From Eubacteriales bacterium (GTDB lineage: Bacteria; Bacillota; Clostridia; Oscillospirales; CAG-272), in the NCBI GenBank assembly GCA_045533675.1, contig JAZSIF010000058.1, positions 2,119-66,118 of the forward strand: a stretch of DNA of 64,000 nucleotides, read 5' to 3'. Made by a program: the position numbers and the translations under genes. Of the stretch, positions 17,606-28,200 are shown piece after piece. Every line of letters starts with the position of its first letter. The first letter of the stretch is position 1. The notes beneath the pieces are model-generated. The model worked only from the letters and a program-made list of their open reading frames with translations, had not been told where the DNA came from and searched no databases.

Positions 17606-20374
17606 ATGGCAAGCAAAAAGAAAATAAAGAAAACCATCTCCACCGCAAAAAAGGCAACCTCTGCCGCCAAGCGCGTGATGAGCGATTCGCCCGCCGATAA
17701 CCGCAAGCAGAAGAAAAAATCTCTGCGCGGCACGGGCTGCAAAGTCGCCCCCTACGTAATCCTATCATTCTCCCTTGTACTGGCTGTCTGCATGGTCATC
17801 GTCCACCTCCTGGACATGGAGGACGGAGCGGGTACCATTGGCTTTTGGGTACAGGGAGTCTTTGGGGGACTTTTTGGTGGCGCTTCCATCTTTCTCCCTC
17901 TATTTTTGGGTTATATGGGCGTCAGATGGTGCGTCCATAACGTCCGTTGGAAGGAAAAAGACATGACCCCCTCCTCGGAATTTTTCGAAGACTACCGCAA
18001 AGCTAAGCGCAGGCTGGTGGTCGGACTTATCATGGCTTCCCTCACTTTCTTGACTCTTTCGGTCATGATGGGAGTTCTTGCCGACTACCGTGACCTCGAC
18101 TTGACAGATATGTGGGAGGACGGTGTGGAGCGCCTCTTCTCGGGCGGCGGTGCCGTGGGAGGTTTTCTCGGCTACGGCATGACGGTTGCCTTCCGCCAGG
18201 TCGTCTCTATGATCATTCTGTCCATTCTTTTATTTGTATTCATCCTCTTTATGGTGGGACTGACTCCCGATTATATTGTCAAAAAAATTCAAGAGAATCG
18301 GGAAAGTCACAAAGAGGAACGCGCGTATCTTGCCGCTCAGCGCCGTGAGGAAGCGTTTCGGCGCCGCGAAGAGGCAAGAATCGCCAAGGAGGAGGAACGC
18401 AGAGCCCGTGAGGCGGAGCGTGCCGCAGAAGAAGAAGCCCGTGCCAGAGCCGCCACGGCGGCAGCTTTGGCAGAGGATACCCTCCCCGCCGAGGAGAAAA
18501 AAGGTACCGCCCTTTCTCACGAGGACATGCTCGAAATGATTGCCCCCGAGGATGCGGACCTTTCCTTTGAAACAGTCAAGCTCGATTCCACCGAATCTAT
18601 GGCACAAAATCTTGGGAAAGACTACGGGGCTGAGTCTTCTCTGGATACCAAGGAGTACGATTGTCTGTCCGACTTCTTTGACTCCTTAGAGAAAAAGGAG
18701 CCCGCGGGTGAGGCGCCCGTCGAGGGAACCCCCTCCACAGCAAAATCAAAAAAGGAACAGCCCGCAAAGATGTTAGAGCTGTCCGAGCTCGCATCGGAGG
18801 AGCTCCTCTCCGATGTGGTAGAAGTCGCCCCCGAGCAAGGAGACGAAGAGGAACAGATAGAAGAGCCTATCCGACCTTACATTTTCCCTCCCATGGATCT
18901 GATGGCAAAGAGTCCATCCGACCAAAAGGAAGATTTTACCGCCGAGCTTCGTGAAAACGCGCAACTCCTTTTAGATACCCTTAAAAGTTTCCGTATCAAT
19001 ATCAAATCCATCGACTACTCCAGAGGTCCTACCATTACCCGTTACGAGCTTCGTCCCGAGGCGGGTGTACGGGTACGCTCTATTGCCAATCTCGTAGATG
19101 ACATCGCCCTCTCCCTTGCCACCTCGGGTGTTCGTATCGAAGCCCCCATTCCCGGCAAGCCAGCCGTTGGTATCGAGGTACCCAATCGCAAACGGGCAAC
19201 CGTATTCCTCCGCGATCTCATCGACAATTCCCAATTCACCGATGCGAAAAGCAAGCTGACCGCATCTCTCGGTATGGATGTTGGCGGAAATCCCATTTAC
19301 TTTGATATTACCAAGATGCCCCATATGATCATTGCGGGCGCGACGGGTATGGGTAAGTCGGTTTGTATCAACAGCATTATCATCAGCATTCTCTATAAGG
19401 CAAGACCCGAGGACGTAAAGCTGATTCTCATTGACCCTAAGAAGGTGGAATTTAATCTCTACAAAGACATTCCCCACCTCTACGCTCCCATTGTCAGTGA
19501 ACCCAAGAAGGCGGCGGGCGCCCTTGCCAGCGCGGTCGCCGAAATGGAGCGGCGCTTTGAGCTGATCGAGGAAGTGGGTGTCCGTGACATCACCTCCTAC
19601 AATGCCGCTACCGAGAACGATCCTTACAAGGAGCACATGCCCCACATGGTCATCATTATTGACGAGCTTGCCGACCTGATGATGACAGCCCCCGACGACG
19701 TAGAAGCCTCGATCTGCAGACTGGCACAGAAGGCAAGAGCGGCTGGTATTCATATCATTATCGGTACGCAGCGCCCCTCCGTAGACGTCATCACGGGTCT
19801 CATTAAAGCGAACATCCCCTCTCGAATTGCCTGCACCGTGGCGTCTCAGGTAGACTCCCGTACTATCATTGATATTGCGGGTGCGGAAAAACTCATCGGA
19901 CGGGGAGACATGCTCTTTGCTCCCGTAGGCGCCGCCAAGCCTTTGCGCGTACAGGGTGCCTTTGTAACCGAGAACGAGGTAGAAAGTATTTGTACCTTTA
20001 TCCGCGAGAATAACCATAAAGCAAAATACAACAGTGAATTTGTCAACCGCATCGAAGAGGAGGCGGCAAAGTGCGGTCAGAAGAAGGGCTCAGGCTCAAC
20101 CGAGGGCGGCATGATGAGTTCCTCCGACAATGAGGGCGGGGACTCCAAATTCCACGATGCCGTGAAGCTTGCGGTAGAAGAGGGAAAAATTTCCACCTCT
20201 CTCATGCAGAGGCGGTTGGGTGTGGGTTACGGCAGAGCCGCCAAGATCATTGACACCATGGAGCAGATGGGCTACGTATCGAAGCCGGACGGCAACAAGC
20301 CCCGCCGTGTCCTGATCACCGCGGAGGAATATGCCCAGCGCCTCACCGACGGAACGCTTGGATCCGAAGATTGA
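17606..20374 (+). CDS. ftsK: DNA translocase FtsK/SpoIIIE
   Basis: Start at MASKKKIKK with RBS GAGGAGG. N-terminal TM segments, then an acidic/low-complexity linker. Walker A GATGMGKS, IIIDELADLMM, and a C-terminal gamma domain (LMQRRLGVGYGRAAKIID). Confidence 0.93.
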   Translation: MASKKKIKKTISTAKKATSAAKRVMSDSPADNRKQKKKSLRGTGCKVAPYVILSFSLVLAVCMVIVHLLDMEDGAGTIGFWVQGVFGGLFGGASIFLPLFLGYMGVRWCVHNVRWKEKDMTPSSEFFEDYRKAKRRLVVGLIMASLTFLTLSVMMGVLADYRDLDLTDMWEDGVERLFSGGGAVGGFLGYGMTVAFRQVVSMIILSILLFVFILFMVGLTPDYIVKKIQENRESHKEERAYLAAQRREEAFRRREEARIAKEEERRAREAERAAEEEARARAATAAALAEDTLPAEEKKGTALSHEDMLEMIAPEDADLSFETVKLDSTESMAQNLGKDYGAESSLDTKEYDCLSDFFDSLEKKEPAGEAPVEGTPSTAKSKKEQPAKMLELSELASEELLSDVVEVAPEQGDEEEQIEEPIRPYIFPPMDLMAKSPSDQKEDFTAELRENAQLLLDTLKSFRINIKSIDYSRGPTITRYELRPEAGVRVRSIANLVDDIALSLATSGVRIEAPIPGKPAVGIEVPNRKRATVFLRDLIDNSQFTDAKSKLTASLGMDVGGNPIYFDITKMPHMIIAGATGMGKSVCINSIIISILYKARPEDVKLILIDPKKVEFNLYKDIPHLYAPIVSEPKKAAGALASAVAEMERRFELIEEVGVRDITSYNAATENDPYKEHMPHMVIIIDELADLMMTAPDDVEASICRLAQKARAAGIHIIIGTQRPSVDVITGLIKANIPSRIACTVASQVDSRTIIDIAGAEKLIGRGDMLFAPVGAAKPLRVQGAFVTENEVESICTFIRENNHKAKYNSEFVNRIEEEAAKCGQKKGSGSTEGGMMSSSDNEGGDSKFHDAVKLAVEEGKISTSLMQRRLGVGYGRAAKIIDTMEQMGYVSKPDGNKPRRVLITAEEYAQRLTDGTLGSED

Positions 20375-20549
20375 CCATGATTGGCGCCCCCCGTCGGGTG
20401 AAACGCTCAGGCACATCAAACATTCCATGCCATTCACATGTCTTGACAGATCGTCCGATTAGACTTTCTGAAAATTCAATCGTAACTGCGTTTTATCCCG
20501 CGAATATATGAATATACTGTAAACAATTTGAAATTTTAACACATTATTC

Positions 20550-20578
20550 TTGCAAAAATTAAAAAAGCATGCTATAAT
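20550..20578 (+). promoter_or_regulatory. Sigma-A type promoter of the citrate synthase gene
   Basis: TTGCAA (20550-20555), 17 nt, TATAAT (20573-20578). RBS AAGGAGGG precedes the ATG at 20611. Confidence 0.55.
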
Positions 20579-20610
20579 AAACCAACATTTCCCACAAGGA
20601 GGGTTTTCCC

Positions 20611-21987
20611 ATGAACAAATTTAATCCTAACATAAATGATGCTGTGGATCGCGAGGTTTTCGAGCGATTCTTGGCGGCAGCAAAGGAAGCCAACCGTGTC
20701 CCTCCCGGGGTCTTTGAAAGCTTCCGTATCAAGAGAGGTCTGCGTGACCCAGACGGCACCGCCGTTCTGGCAGGCGTATCCAATATTGGTAACGCTCACG
20801 GATACATTCTGTCCGAGGGTGATCGTGTCCCCGACGAAGGCAAGTTGGAGTACCGTGGCTTTGATATGTCATCTCTTGTAGACGGTGTCAGTGCCGAGAA
20901 GCGCTTCGGCTTCGAGGAGTGCGCCTACATTCTTCTCTTCGGAAAGCTCCCCACCGCCGAGGAACTGGAAACCTTTAAGGGCGCTTTGGCAAGCTATCGT
21001 CATCTGCCCGATCGCTTTACCGAGGACATTCTCATGAAGGCTCCCTCTCCTTCCATCATGAACAAAATGGCGACCGGCGTTTTGTCCCTCTACTCATACG
21101 ACGAAAATCCTGACGACACAGGCCTTGAAAATATGCTCCGTCAGAGCATGGAGATCATCGCCCGTCTCCCCAGCATTGCGGCGCACGCCTATGCGGTCTA
21201 TCGTAGCCACTACTTCAAAAAAAGCTTGACCCTCAACTTTCCCAAGGACAATTTGGGAACGGCGGAAAACTTTCTGCGTATGATTCGTCCCGATAAAAAA
21301 TATACCGATGAAGAAGCAAAGCTTCTTGACCTCTGCATGATCATTCACGCCGAGCACGGCGGCGGAAACAACTCTACCTTTTCCTGCCGCGTTCTGTCCT
21401 CCTCGGGTACCGATACCTATTCCGCCATCAGCGCTGCCATCGGCTCCTTGAAGGGCCCTCTCCACGGCGGTGCCAATATCAAGGTCCAGGAGATGTTTGA
21501 CTGCATCAAGGAGAACGTCAAGGACATTGAGGATGAGGAAGCGGTTTGCGACTTCCTACGTAAAATTCTCCGTAAGGAGGCCTACGACCGAAAGGGCCTT
21601 ATTTACGGCATGGGTCATGCCATCTATACGAAGTCCGACCCCCGCGCGGTCATGCTCAAGAAATATGCCGGGGAGTTGGCTAAGGAGAAGGGATTTGGCG
21701 ATGATTTTCACCTGTTGGAAACCATCGAGAAGAACACTCCCGCCCTTTTCAACGAATATAAGGGTACCAAAAAGGTCATGTGCGCCAATGTGGACCTCTA
21801 TTCGGGTCTGGTGTATCGGATGCTGGGCATTCCCGTGGAGCTCTACACCCCCCTCTTCGCCATCGCCCGTGTTGCCGGTTGGTGCGCGCACCGCATCGAG
21901 GAGTATGAAACCTCCAAGAAAATCATCCGTCCGGGCTACAAGGTCATTGTCAAGAAACAGAGCTACGCCCCGCTTAACGAGCGATAA
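20611..21987 (+). CDS. Citrate (or 2-methylcitrate) synthase
   Basis: 458 aa. HAEHGGGNNSTF, GPLHGGAN and GMGHAIY motifs of the citrate synthase family. Confidence 0.9.
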   Translation: MNKFNPNINDAVDREVFERFLAAAKEANRVPPGVFESFRIKRGLRDPDGTAVLAGVSNIGNAHGYILSEGDRVPDEGKLEYRGFDMSSLVDGVSAEKRFGFEECAYILLFGKLPTAEELETFKGALASYRHLPDRFTEDILMKAPSPSIMNKMATGVLSLYSYDENPDDTGLENMLRQSMEIIARLPSIAAHAYAVYRSHYFKKSLTLNFPKDNLGTAENFLRMIRPDKKYTDEEAKLLDLCMIIHAEHGGGNNSTFSCRVLSSSGTDTYSAISAAIGSLKGPLHGGANIKVQEMFDCIKENVKDIEDEEAVCDFLRKILRKEAYDRKGLIYGMGHAIYTKSDPRAVMLKKYAGELAKEKGFGDDFHLLETIEKNTPALFNEYKGTKKVMCANVDLYSGLVYRMLGIPVELYTPLFAIARVAGWCAHRIEEYETSKKIIRPGYKVIVKKQSYAPLNER

Positions 21988-22029
21988 GAACGCGCAAATC
22001 CTATTTTACGCTCTTTTTGTCCCCCATAT

Positions 22030-22135
22030 AAGTACTTATTATATACCGTCCTCGTGTTTGTGCACGATATGGGAATATTGTTTTTCTAAGGTAAAAGTCC
22101 GTCGGACGGCCGCTGCGCCGCTGACGGATTTTTTA
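22030..22135. repeat. Partial copy of the intergenic repeat family (inner left module plus degenerate hairpin)
   Basis: CCTCGTGTTTGTGCACGAT...TTTTTCTAAGG followed by hairpin AAAGTCCGTCGGACGGCCGCTGCGCCGCTGACGGATTTT (about 22093-22133). Homologous to 35290-35396 and to the inner parts of the full copies. Confidence 0.6.
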
Positions 22136-22178
22136 TGACGGGAGTCCAATAGCCCCCCTAATTGACATGGTATACTAA

Positions 22179-22210
22179 GAATCCCCCAAGGCAAATGCCT
22201 TGGGGGATTC
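22179..22210. terminator. Perfect 14-bp stem / 4-nt loop hairpin between convergent citrate synthase and giant-protein genes
   Basis: GAATCCCCCAAGGC-AAAT-GCCTTGGGGGATTC, followed by T-rich TTAGTTGATTTGTTTATTTG on the plus strand. It lies 14 nt beyond the stop (22224) of the minus-strand gene. Confidence 0.6.
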
Positions 22211-22223
22211 TTAGTTGATTTGT

Positions 22224-25200
22224 TTATTTGCTTACTTTTCTTTGGATCGCCTTACCGCCCGTCAGGGTGATCATCTTAATTGCCTGCACGGAGAAGGAAT
22301 CCGCTATTACAGTCAATGGCTTATCCAAATGTCCGTCTGCCAAAACCTTTACTCGTTGCGTCTTAGCGGAGATCAGCTTCTTTGCCTTCAAGGCATCGAG
22401 ATCCACCGTCTCTTCAGCATCAAACGTCTCATTGATTTCGGAGATATTGATGATGGACTTGAGTCCTGTCGCGTTGGCACCGCCCGCGGTTTTCAGAGCA
22501 GCCATTGCCACAGTATCCTCCATCATAGCATCTGCCGTATCCACATCAACCGTCTCTACCACTTCAACCACAGGTTCAGGTTCAGGTTCAAGTTCAGGTT
22601 CGGGTTCAGGCTCGGGTTCAGGCTCGGGTTCAGGCTCGGGTTCAGGCTCGGCCACCGGCACGATAATCACAGGTTCCTCAGCAACAGGTTCCGAGGTAAC
22701 GAATTCTTCCTCTCCCTCATCGTCCGCTACCGCCGCAACTACGGCTGCCGCCAGCTTGCGCGCGCGAATAACGAAGAAGTAGATGAAGGTCAAAACGATA
22801 AGGATGATGAGAATGAGGATCAACAGCCACCATACCCACCAAAGTCCAAACACCATCGCCCTCGTAGCCTCCGCTTGAGCATAGACCGTCAAGCTCTCGG
22901 CATTGTGGTCGGTGAGCACGTAGTCGCTCCACAGAACGTCATTCTCTCCCATTTCCACATACCACTCGTATCGATATCCCGATGCCTTACCCTTGAAATC
23001 GGGGATCGGCTTCTCGGTCTCGCAAGTTAGGGTCAAAACCTCCTCACTTCCGTCGGGATGCTTAAAGGTTACCGTGTATTCAATAGGAGCATAAACCGCC
23101 TTGACATTGATTCCCAACGCGCCGTTCTTGAGATCGTAAGCGCTCCACTCGACGAGTTTGCCCTCGCTGTCAACGACATACCATGCACCACGGTAGCCGA
23201 CCTTAGCGGGAAGCTCCACCGGTGTCCACGCATCAAGAACAGTATAGGTCTTTTCTATTTTGTCGTCTCCGATCACAAACGTAACCTTATACTGAATAGG
23301 TAGGATCTTTACGTACAGCTTTACGCTTGTTCCGCCCTTGACCAGCTCATACGCTGTAATCTGAGGGTCGGTGTCAGCGGGCGTGTCGCCTATCTGCACG
23401 AACCATGCCCCGTAGTAGCCCGCTTGGGTCACCTCAATCGAGGGAGGTGTAGGCACGCTGATCACGGTGCCGACTCTCTCCACAACGGTTCCGTCGGGAT
23501 AGGTAAAGGTGAAGGTATACTCCAGAGGAATCTGCTTTGCCTCTACCTCAATCGTGGCATCGGTATCGGTCAGCTGATAATTCTTCCACTCGACCTCACC
23601 CACATACCAACGGTATTCGTAACCGGGCGCGCAATCCGTAGGAAGATCCGCGGGAGTGAGAGGATCATTGATCGTGTAAGACTTCTCCACACGGCTTCCG
23701 TCGGGGAGAATAAAGTCCACGCGGTAGGATTTCGCCGTATAGACCACGTAGACCGTAACCTCGCGTTCACCGTCAATCAGACGATAATCCATCCACAAGG
23801 GGTCAGTGTCGGCAGGCGCCGTACCCATCTGCACGTACCATGCGCCCGTATAGAAGGGCTTGGCGGGTACATCGGGCTGGGTCTTCGTATCCTTGGTCAT
23901 GGTCAGAACGGTGGGGGTGTCGCCGATTCCAATAAACGTTACCGTATATTGGAGGTTGACAAATTCACCGAACACATCCACGTCACCCGTGGTCAGGCAA
24001 GCCTTGGTCCAGAGGACCTTTTGACCGTTGTCCATGTAGTACCAGCGGAACTCGGTGCCTGCGGGAGCCGTTACCGCGGGAATCTCAAAGGACTTGTCAA
24101 GGACCGTATAGGTCTTGGTGACAACATCCTCGGGAGCCGAACCGGGCAGGTGGAAGCGCACCTCGTACTCATCGATGGTCTTCCGAAGCTTAATCGTCAG
24201 ATCGGCAGGCGTTTGGTAATTGATTCCCTCCCACGTTGTGCCGAAGAGGTTGCACCAATCGTAAGTATAGCCGGACTCGGTCGGCAGGGTGGGAACAATA
24301 CCCGATACCATACCTTCAACCGTATAGATGACCTCCCCCATGAGATTGTCGTCCAGGTCCTTGAAGGTCAGGGTATACTCATGCGCCGTATAGGTGGGCA
24401 TGATGTTGATCCGTCTGTCAGCAGCAGTTGCCGTTTCAAGGTCAATGCCCAGATCAGAGAGGAAGGTAGCGGGATCGAAGCCCTGTGCGGTCAATGCGGG
24501 AGTGTCGCCATTTCCCGCGAAATACCAGCCCGCAAAGTCATAGTAATCGACCGAAGGAGGCAGGATCAGATCCACACTGGTTTCATTGCCGTACTCGTCT
24601 CTCTGATAGAAGCCAGCATAGGTATAGAAGTACTCGGCAAGCAGATTGCCGTCCTTATCGTACACGTAGAGTTTGTTGTCGTCTACCGCACGGCGAATCT
24701 CGGTAAAGGTCTTTTGGATGGTGTCCGCGTTGTCGTTGGTCAGCGTTTCGGGGAAGCTGTACTTTGCCCACTTGCCATCGGCATCCACGTAATACCATTC
24801 GTAGGTGTAGGAGCCAATCTCGTCACCGGTAGGCTCGTTCAGCATCCGGGTAAGCTCCGCGTAAACCTCCGGCCAGTTGTTGGCATTGTAAACCACGGTG
24901 ATTTCTCCCGCGGCACGGGTCGCGCGCAGAAGACTCATGGTTTGTATACGTTTCAGTGTCAGCGTGTAGTCAATGGCAACGCCATACTCGTAAACCGTAA
25001 AGTCACGAAGCTCGGAGGCATCGAAATCGGTCGCGGGATCCCACACCTCGCTTGCGCTGAACGTTCCGTCATTGTTTTTGTCAATGTACCAAACATATCT
25101 CGTATACAGCTTATTGTTCTCGCTCGTTACCTCATGCAAAGCGGGAACATTCTTGTTCGCCAGTGTTTCGGTATTGGCAAAGTAGCCAATCTCTTCGGGA

Positions 25201-28200
25201 GTTCCCGCCACGCCCGACACATTGTTCTTCAAGGGAACAAAGGTAATGGTATACTCGGGAAGCGCCTTCTTTTCCTCAACGAAGTCGAGGTTGCATAGCC
25301 ACTCGTTCGCCCCCGTTTCGAACTGATCGGGAGTCCATTCCACTCCGTTCTCATCTAACCAAACATGGGTATATCCCTCGGCGGGAGCAGTATGAATCGA
25401 ATTTACCCAGGCAACGAAAGCGCTTTCCACGGTCTCTGCCGTAACGGTGTATTTGCCCAGCTCGTTATAATTTTCGTCATAGAAGGTGTAAGTGTATTCC
25501 TTATACGTTCCATGCTCCTTCAAAGTAAAGCTCTTGGCGGGGTTGGCAGTAATGTTCTCAAATGCCGTCTCATATGTTCCGTTACCGTCCAGATCCGCAC
25601 GCCAGCTATAGATCATGGCAGCGGTGTCTTGCTGCATATAGCTACGGATCTGACTCAAAATATTTTGCCAGCTATCCCGCGACGTATAGGTCAGGATCTC
25701 ATTATCCTTATTGGATGCAAAGAAATCCAAGGTAATGGTATACTCGGTATATACCTTTCTCTCAAGAATTTCCACATTCTCTTCGAACCTGTGTTCGTTG
25801 AAAAATTTCTCCCAAGTCTTGCCGCCAAAATCCCATTCATAATGGAAGTCGGGATCGGGATCCGTCAACGCGGGAAGCGCAATGCCCGTGGCTACGGTAT
25901 TCTTGTCATAGGCAACCCTCTCCGTCGTTCCGTTCAGATAGCGGAACACAAAGTAATATGTTATGAGGTCGGCTTTTTCCCGAACCTCCAGATCCTTTGC
26001 CATGTTGAAATCAAAGGAATCTGTGGTTGCCGTAAAACGCTTGTTATCGGTCACGTTCCACCACATATGGGTGTAATGCTCCTCGGGAGCCGTAGGCAAA
26101 GCGGGAATGTAATCGGTTACCGCGTTTACCCAGTTCTCCACGGTATACTTTGCCTCCTGATAGAGGTTGCCATTCACATCATAGAAGGAGATCGTGTAAA
26201 CGAAGTAGGTCTTAATCTGCTCAAACACACCCAAGGAATCGAGCGCATTTGCGGGATTTTTCAAATAGCTCTTGATCCATGCAAGGTCACGAACCGTGCC
26301 CTCCAGAGCCCAATCGTACTTGTAGCCATGTCCTGGCGCATCGGTTTCGGGGATGGTCAGCGTATCAACGGTCTCTACGGTAAAGGGCACCTTGATGGTC
26401 TCATTCCCCTTCAAGAAGGTCAATTCGTAAGGAATAGTCTTATAGGTAACATACACAGTCTGAGACTGCGCCACACCGATCAATGCCTCGTAATCAGGCC
26501 ATACGACCTCATAACCGCGGATCCCATCGGGAGTCTTGGGCGCTCTGGGAAGCGCGGTATCACCCTCCTTATAAAGAATATTATCAAGCGTCCTCTCGCT
26601 TCCGTCGGGGGCTTTCAGTACGAAGATCATTTCATACTCATCCTCTTCCAAGGGAGGGGTCACAACGATGTCCATAGCGGGCATGGTCGCGGGAAGCCTG
26701 TCTTTGAAGCGTTCCAGATCCAATCCCGACACGCTCGTCAGAACATCAAGAGACATACCCGCGGGCAGGAGAAATACTTCTTCTCCGCCCTGACGGTCAT
26801 CCAGCGTCAAAGAGTAGAGCCCCCTAAAGGTCACTTCTGCGCTAAAGGTTCCCGACAGATCCGCCTTAAGCATTCCCGCGGGCAGCCCCAGCTTGGAGGA
26901 TACCTTGTCACCAAAATCAAAGTCATAGGATGCCGAGGGCAGGGTAAAGTGTCCCGCGCCGTCGTACATTTGGTAAATGCTAAAGGTTTTAATTCTTTCG
27001 GGCAATCTCTCCGCAAGAGCTTTCGCCTTGTCTGCCAACCGCTTCCAGCCGTCTACGGTACGAAGCTTTTCGAGAATAGCGTCTACACGGTCACGAGCAC
27101 CGTCGGGGAGTTTCTCCATAGCGCCGTCCGCTTTTTCCAGAACGGCATCCAGTTTTTCGTTGACTGCATCCGAAAGGGCTTGAAGCTCCTCATCGCTGAA
27201 GGTATCCAACATCCGCACCACTTCGGGCAGAGTCATGTTGGAAGCCTCCATCAGTTTCCCCTTCAAAGCGGCAGGCAGACGATTGGATTCCAGCACCCTG
27301 GCGTAGAGTGTCATAACCTTAGAGGGAAGCACAGAGCTGACGTGCAGGTCAAGGTCATCCTCGCCCACCTCCAGATGGAAGAGGTCCTTCTGGCTCCGTG
27401 CCAGCCTTTGCAGGTTTGTAAAGTCACCGTCGAAACAAATCTCAAAGCCCAGCTTTACATCACCGTCATTTCGGAAGGTGGTATGTAAAACCATGCCTAC
27501 GATAATGTCTCCCGATTCCATTTCGCAGAAGCGTTCCACATCGGGAATCGAAAGGAGCAGCGCGCGGACCGCCTCTTCCAGGTCAACGATACCGTTCTTA
27601 AATACCACGGAATCGTTAATCTTGATCGTTCCCACCTCTTCTACAACGATCTGCAGAAGGATCTGCTTGATATCAGCGGCAAAGCTCTTCAGCTTTGCTT
27701 TGTCTGCAATCACGTCACGAAGAAGGGTCTTTGCCAACTCCTTTGCGGCGGGAGAGGTCAGAAGTCCGTTGTCTTTTGCCAGCGCAAACAGCTTGTCGGT
27801 GCCGATCTTATTCGCGATCGCGGTAAGCTGCTCAGGGGTATACCAGCCAAGAATCACATCGTAACCGCCCGCCCAGTCCTTGATCTGGTCAAAGGTCACG
27901 TACTGCATCAAGAGATCGCCCAACTCATCAACCAAAAGTCCCTGGTCCAGCATGCCTGCCAAAGCCACAAGACCCGCGCTCTTCTTCTCTGCCTCGGTAG
28001 CATCGGGCTTTTCTACACCGCCGATGGCAATGGCGATCTGATCAAAGCTCAGGGTTCCATCGGAGATCAGCACCATCATACCCGATTTCTTGGAGGTGCC
28101 GTCGGTGGTAGCAAACAGGACGTCAATCAGCTCAATGGCACCAAGGCAGTCGAGGAACGGCACAATGCCCGTCTTCTCAATAATTTCGGAGGAATGAGGC

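Noticed and set aside
22572-22649. Regular short DNA repeats that might suggest a CRISPR or microsatellite locus
   Set aside because: The units are 6 nt and contiguous, with no spacers. They are in frame within a CDS, encoding (EP)n. This is not a CRISPR array.
23424-27488. Two very long plus-strand ORFs (624 and 707 aa) plus several others antisense to the giant gene
   Set aside because: Their translations are low-complexity (runs of G/R/V/I/L) with no motifs or RBS. They mirror the codon structure of the minus-strand gene, whose translation shows a signal peptide and regular domain repeats. They are classic shadow ORFs.
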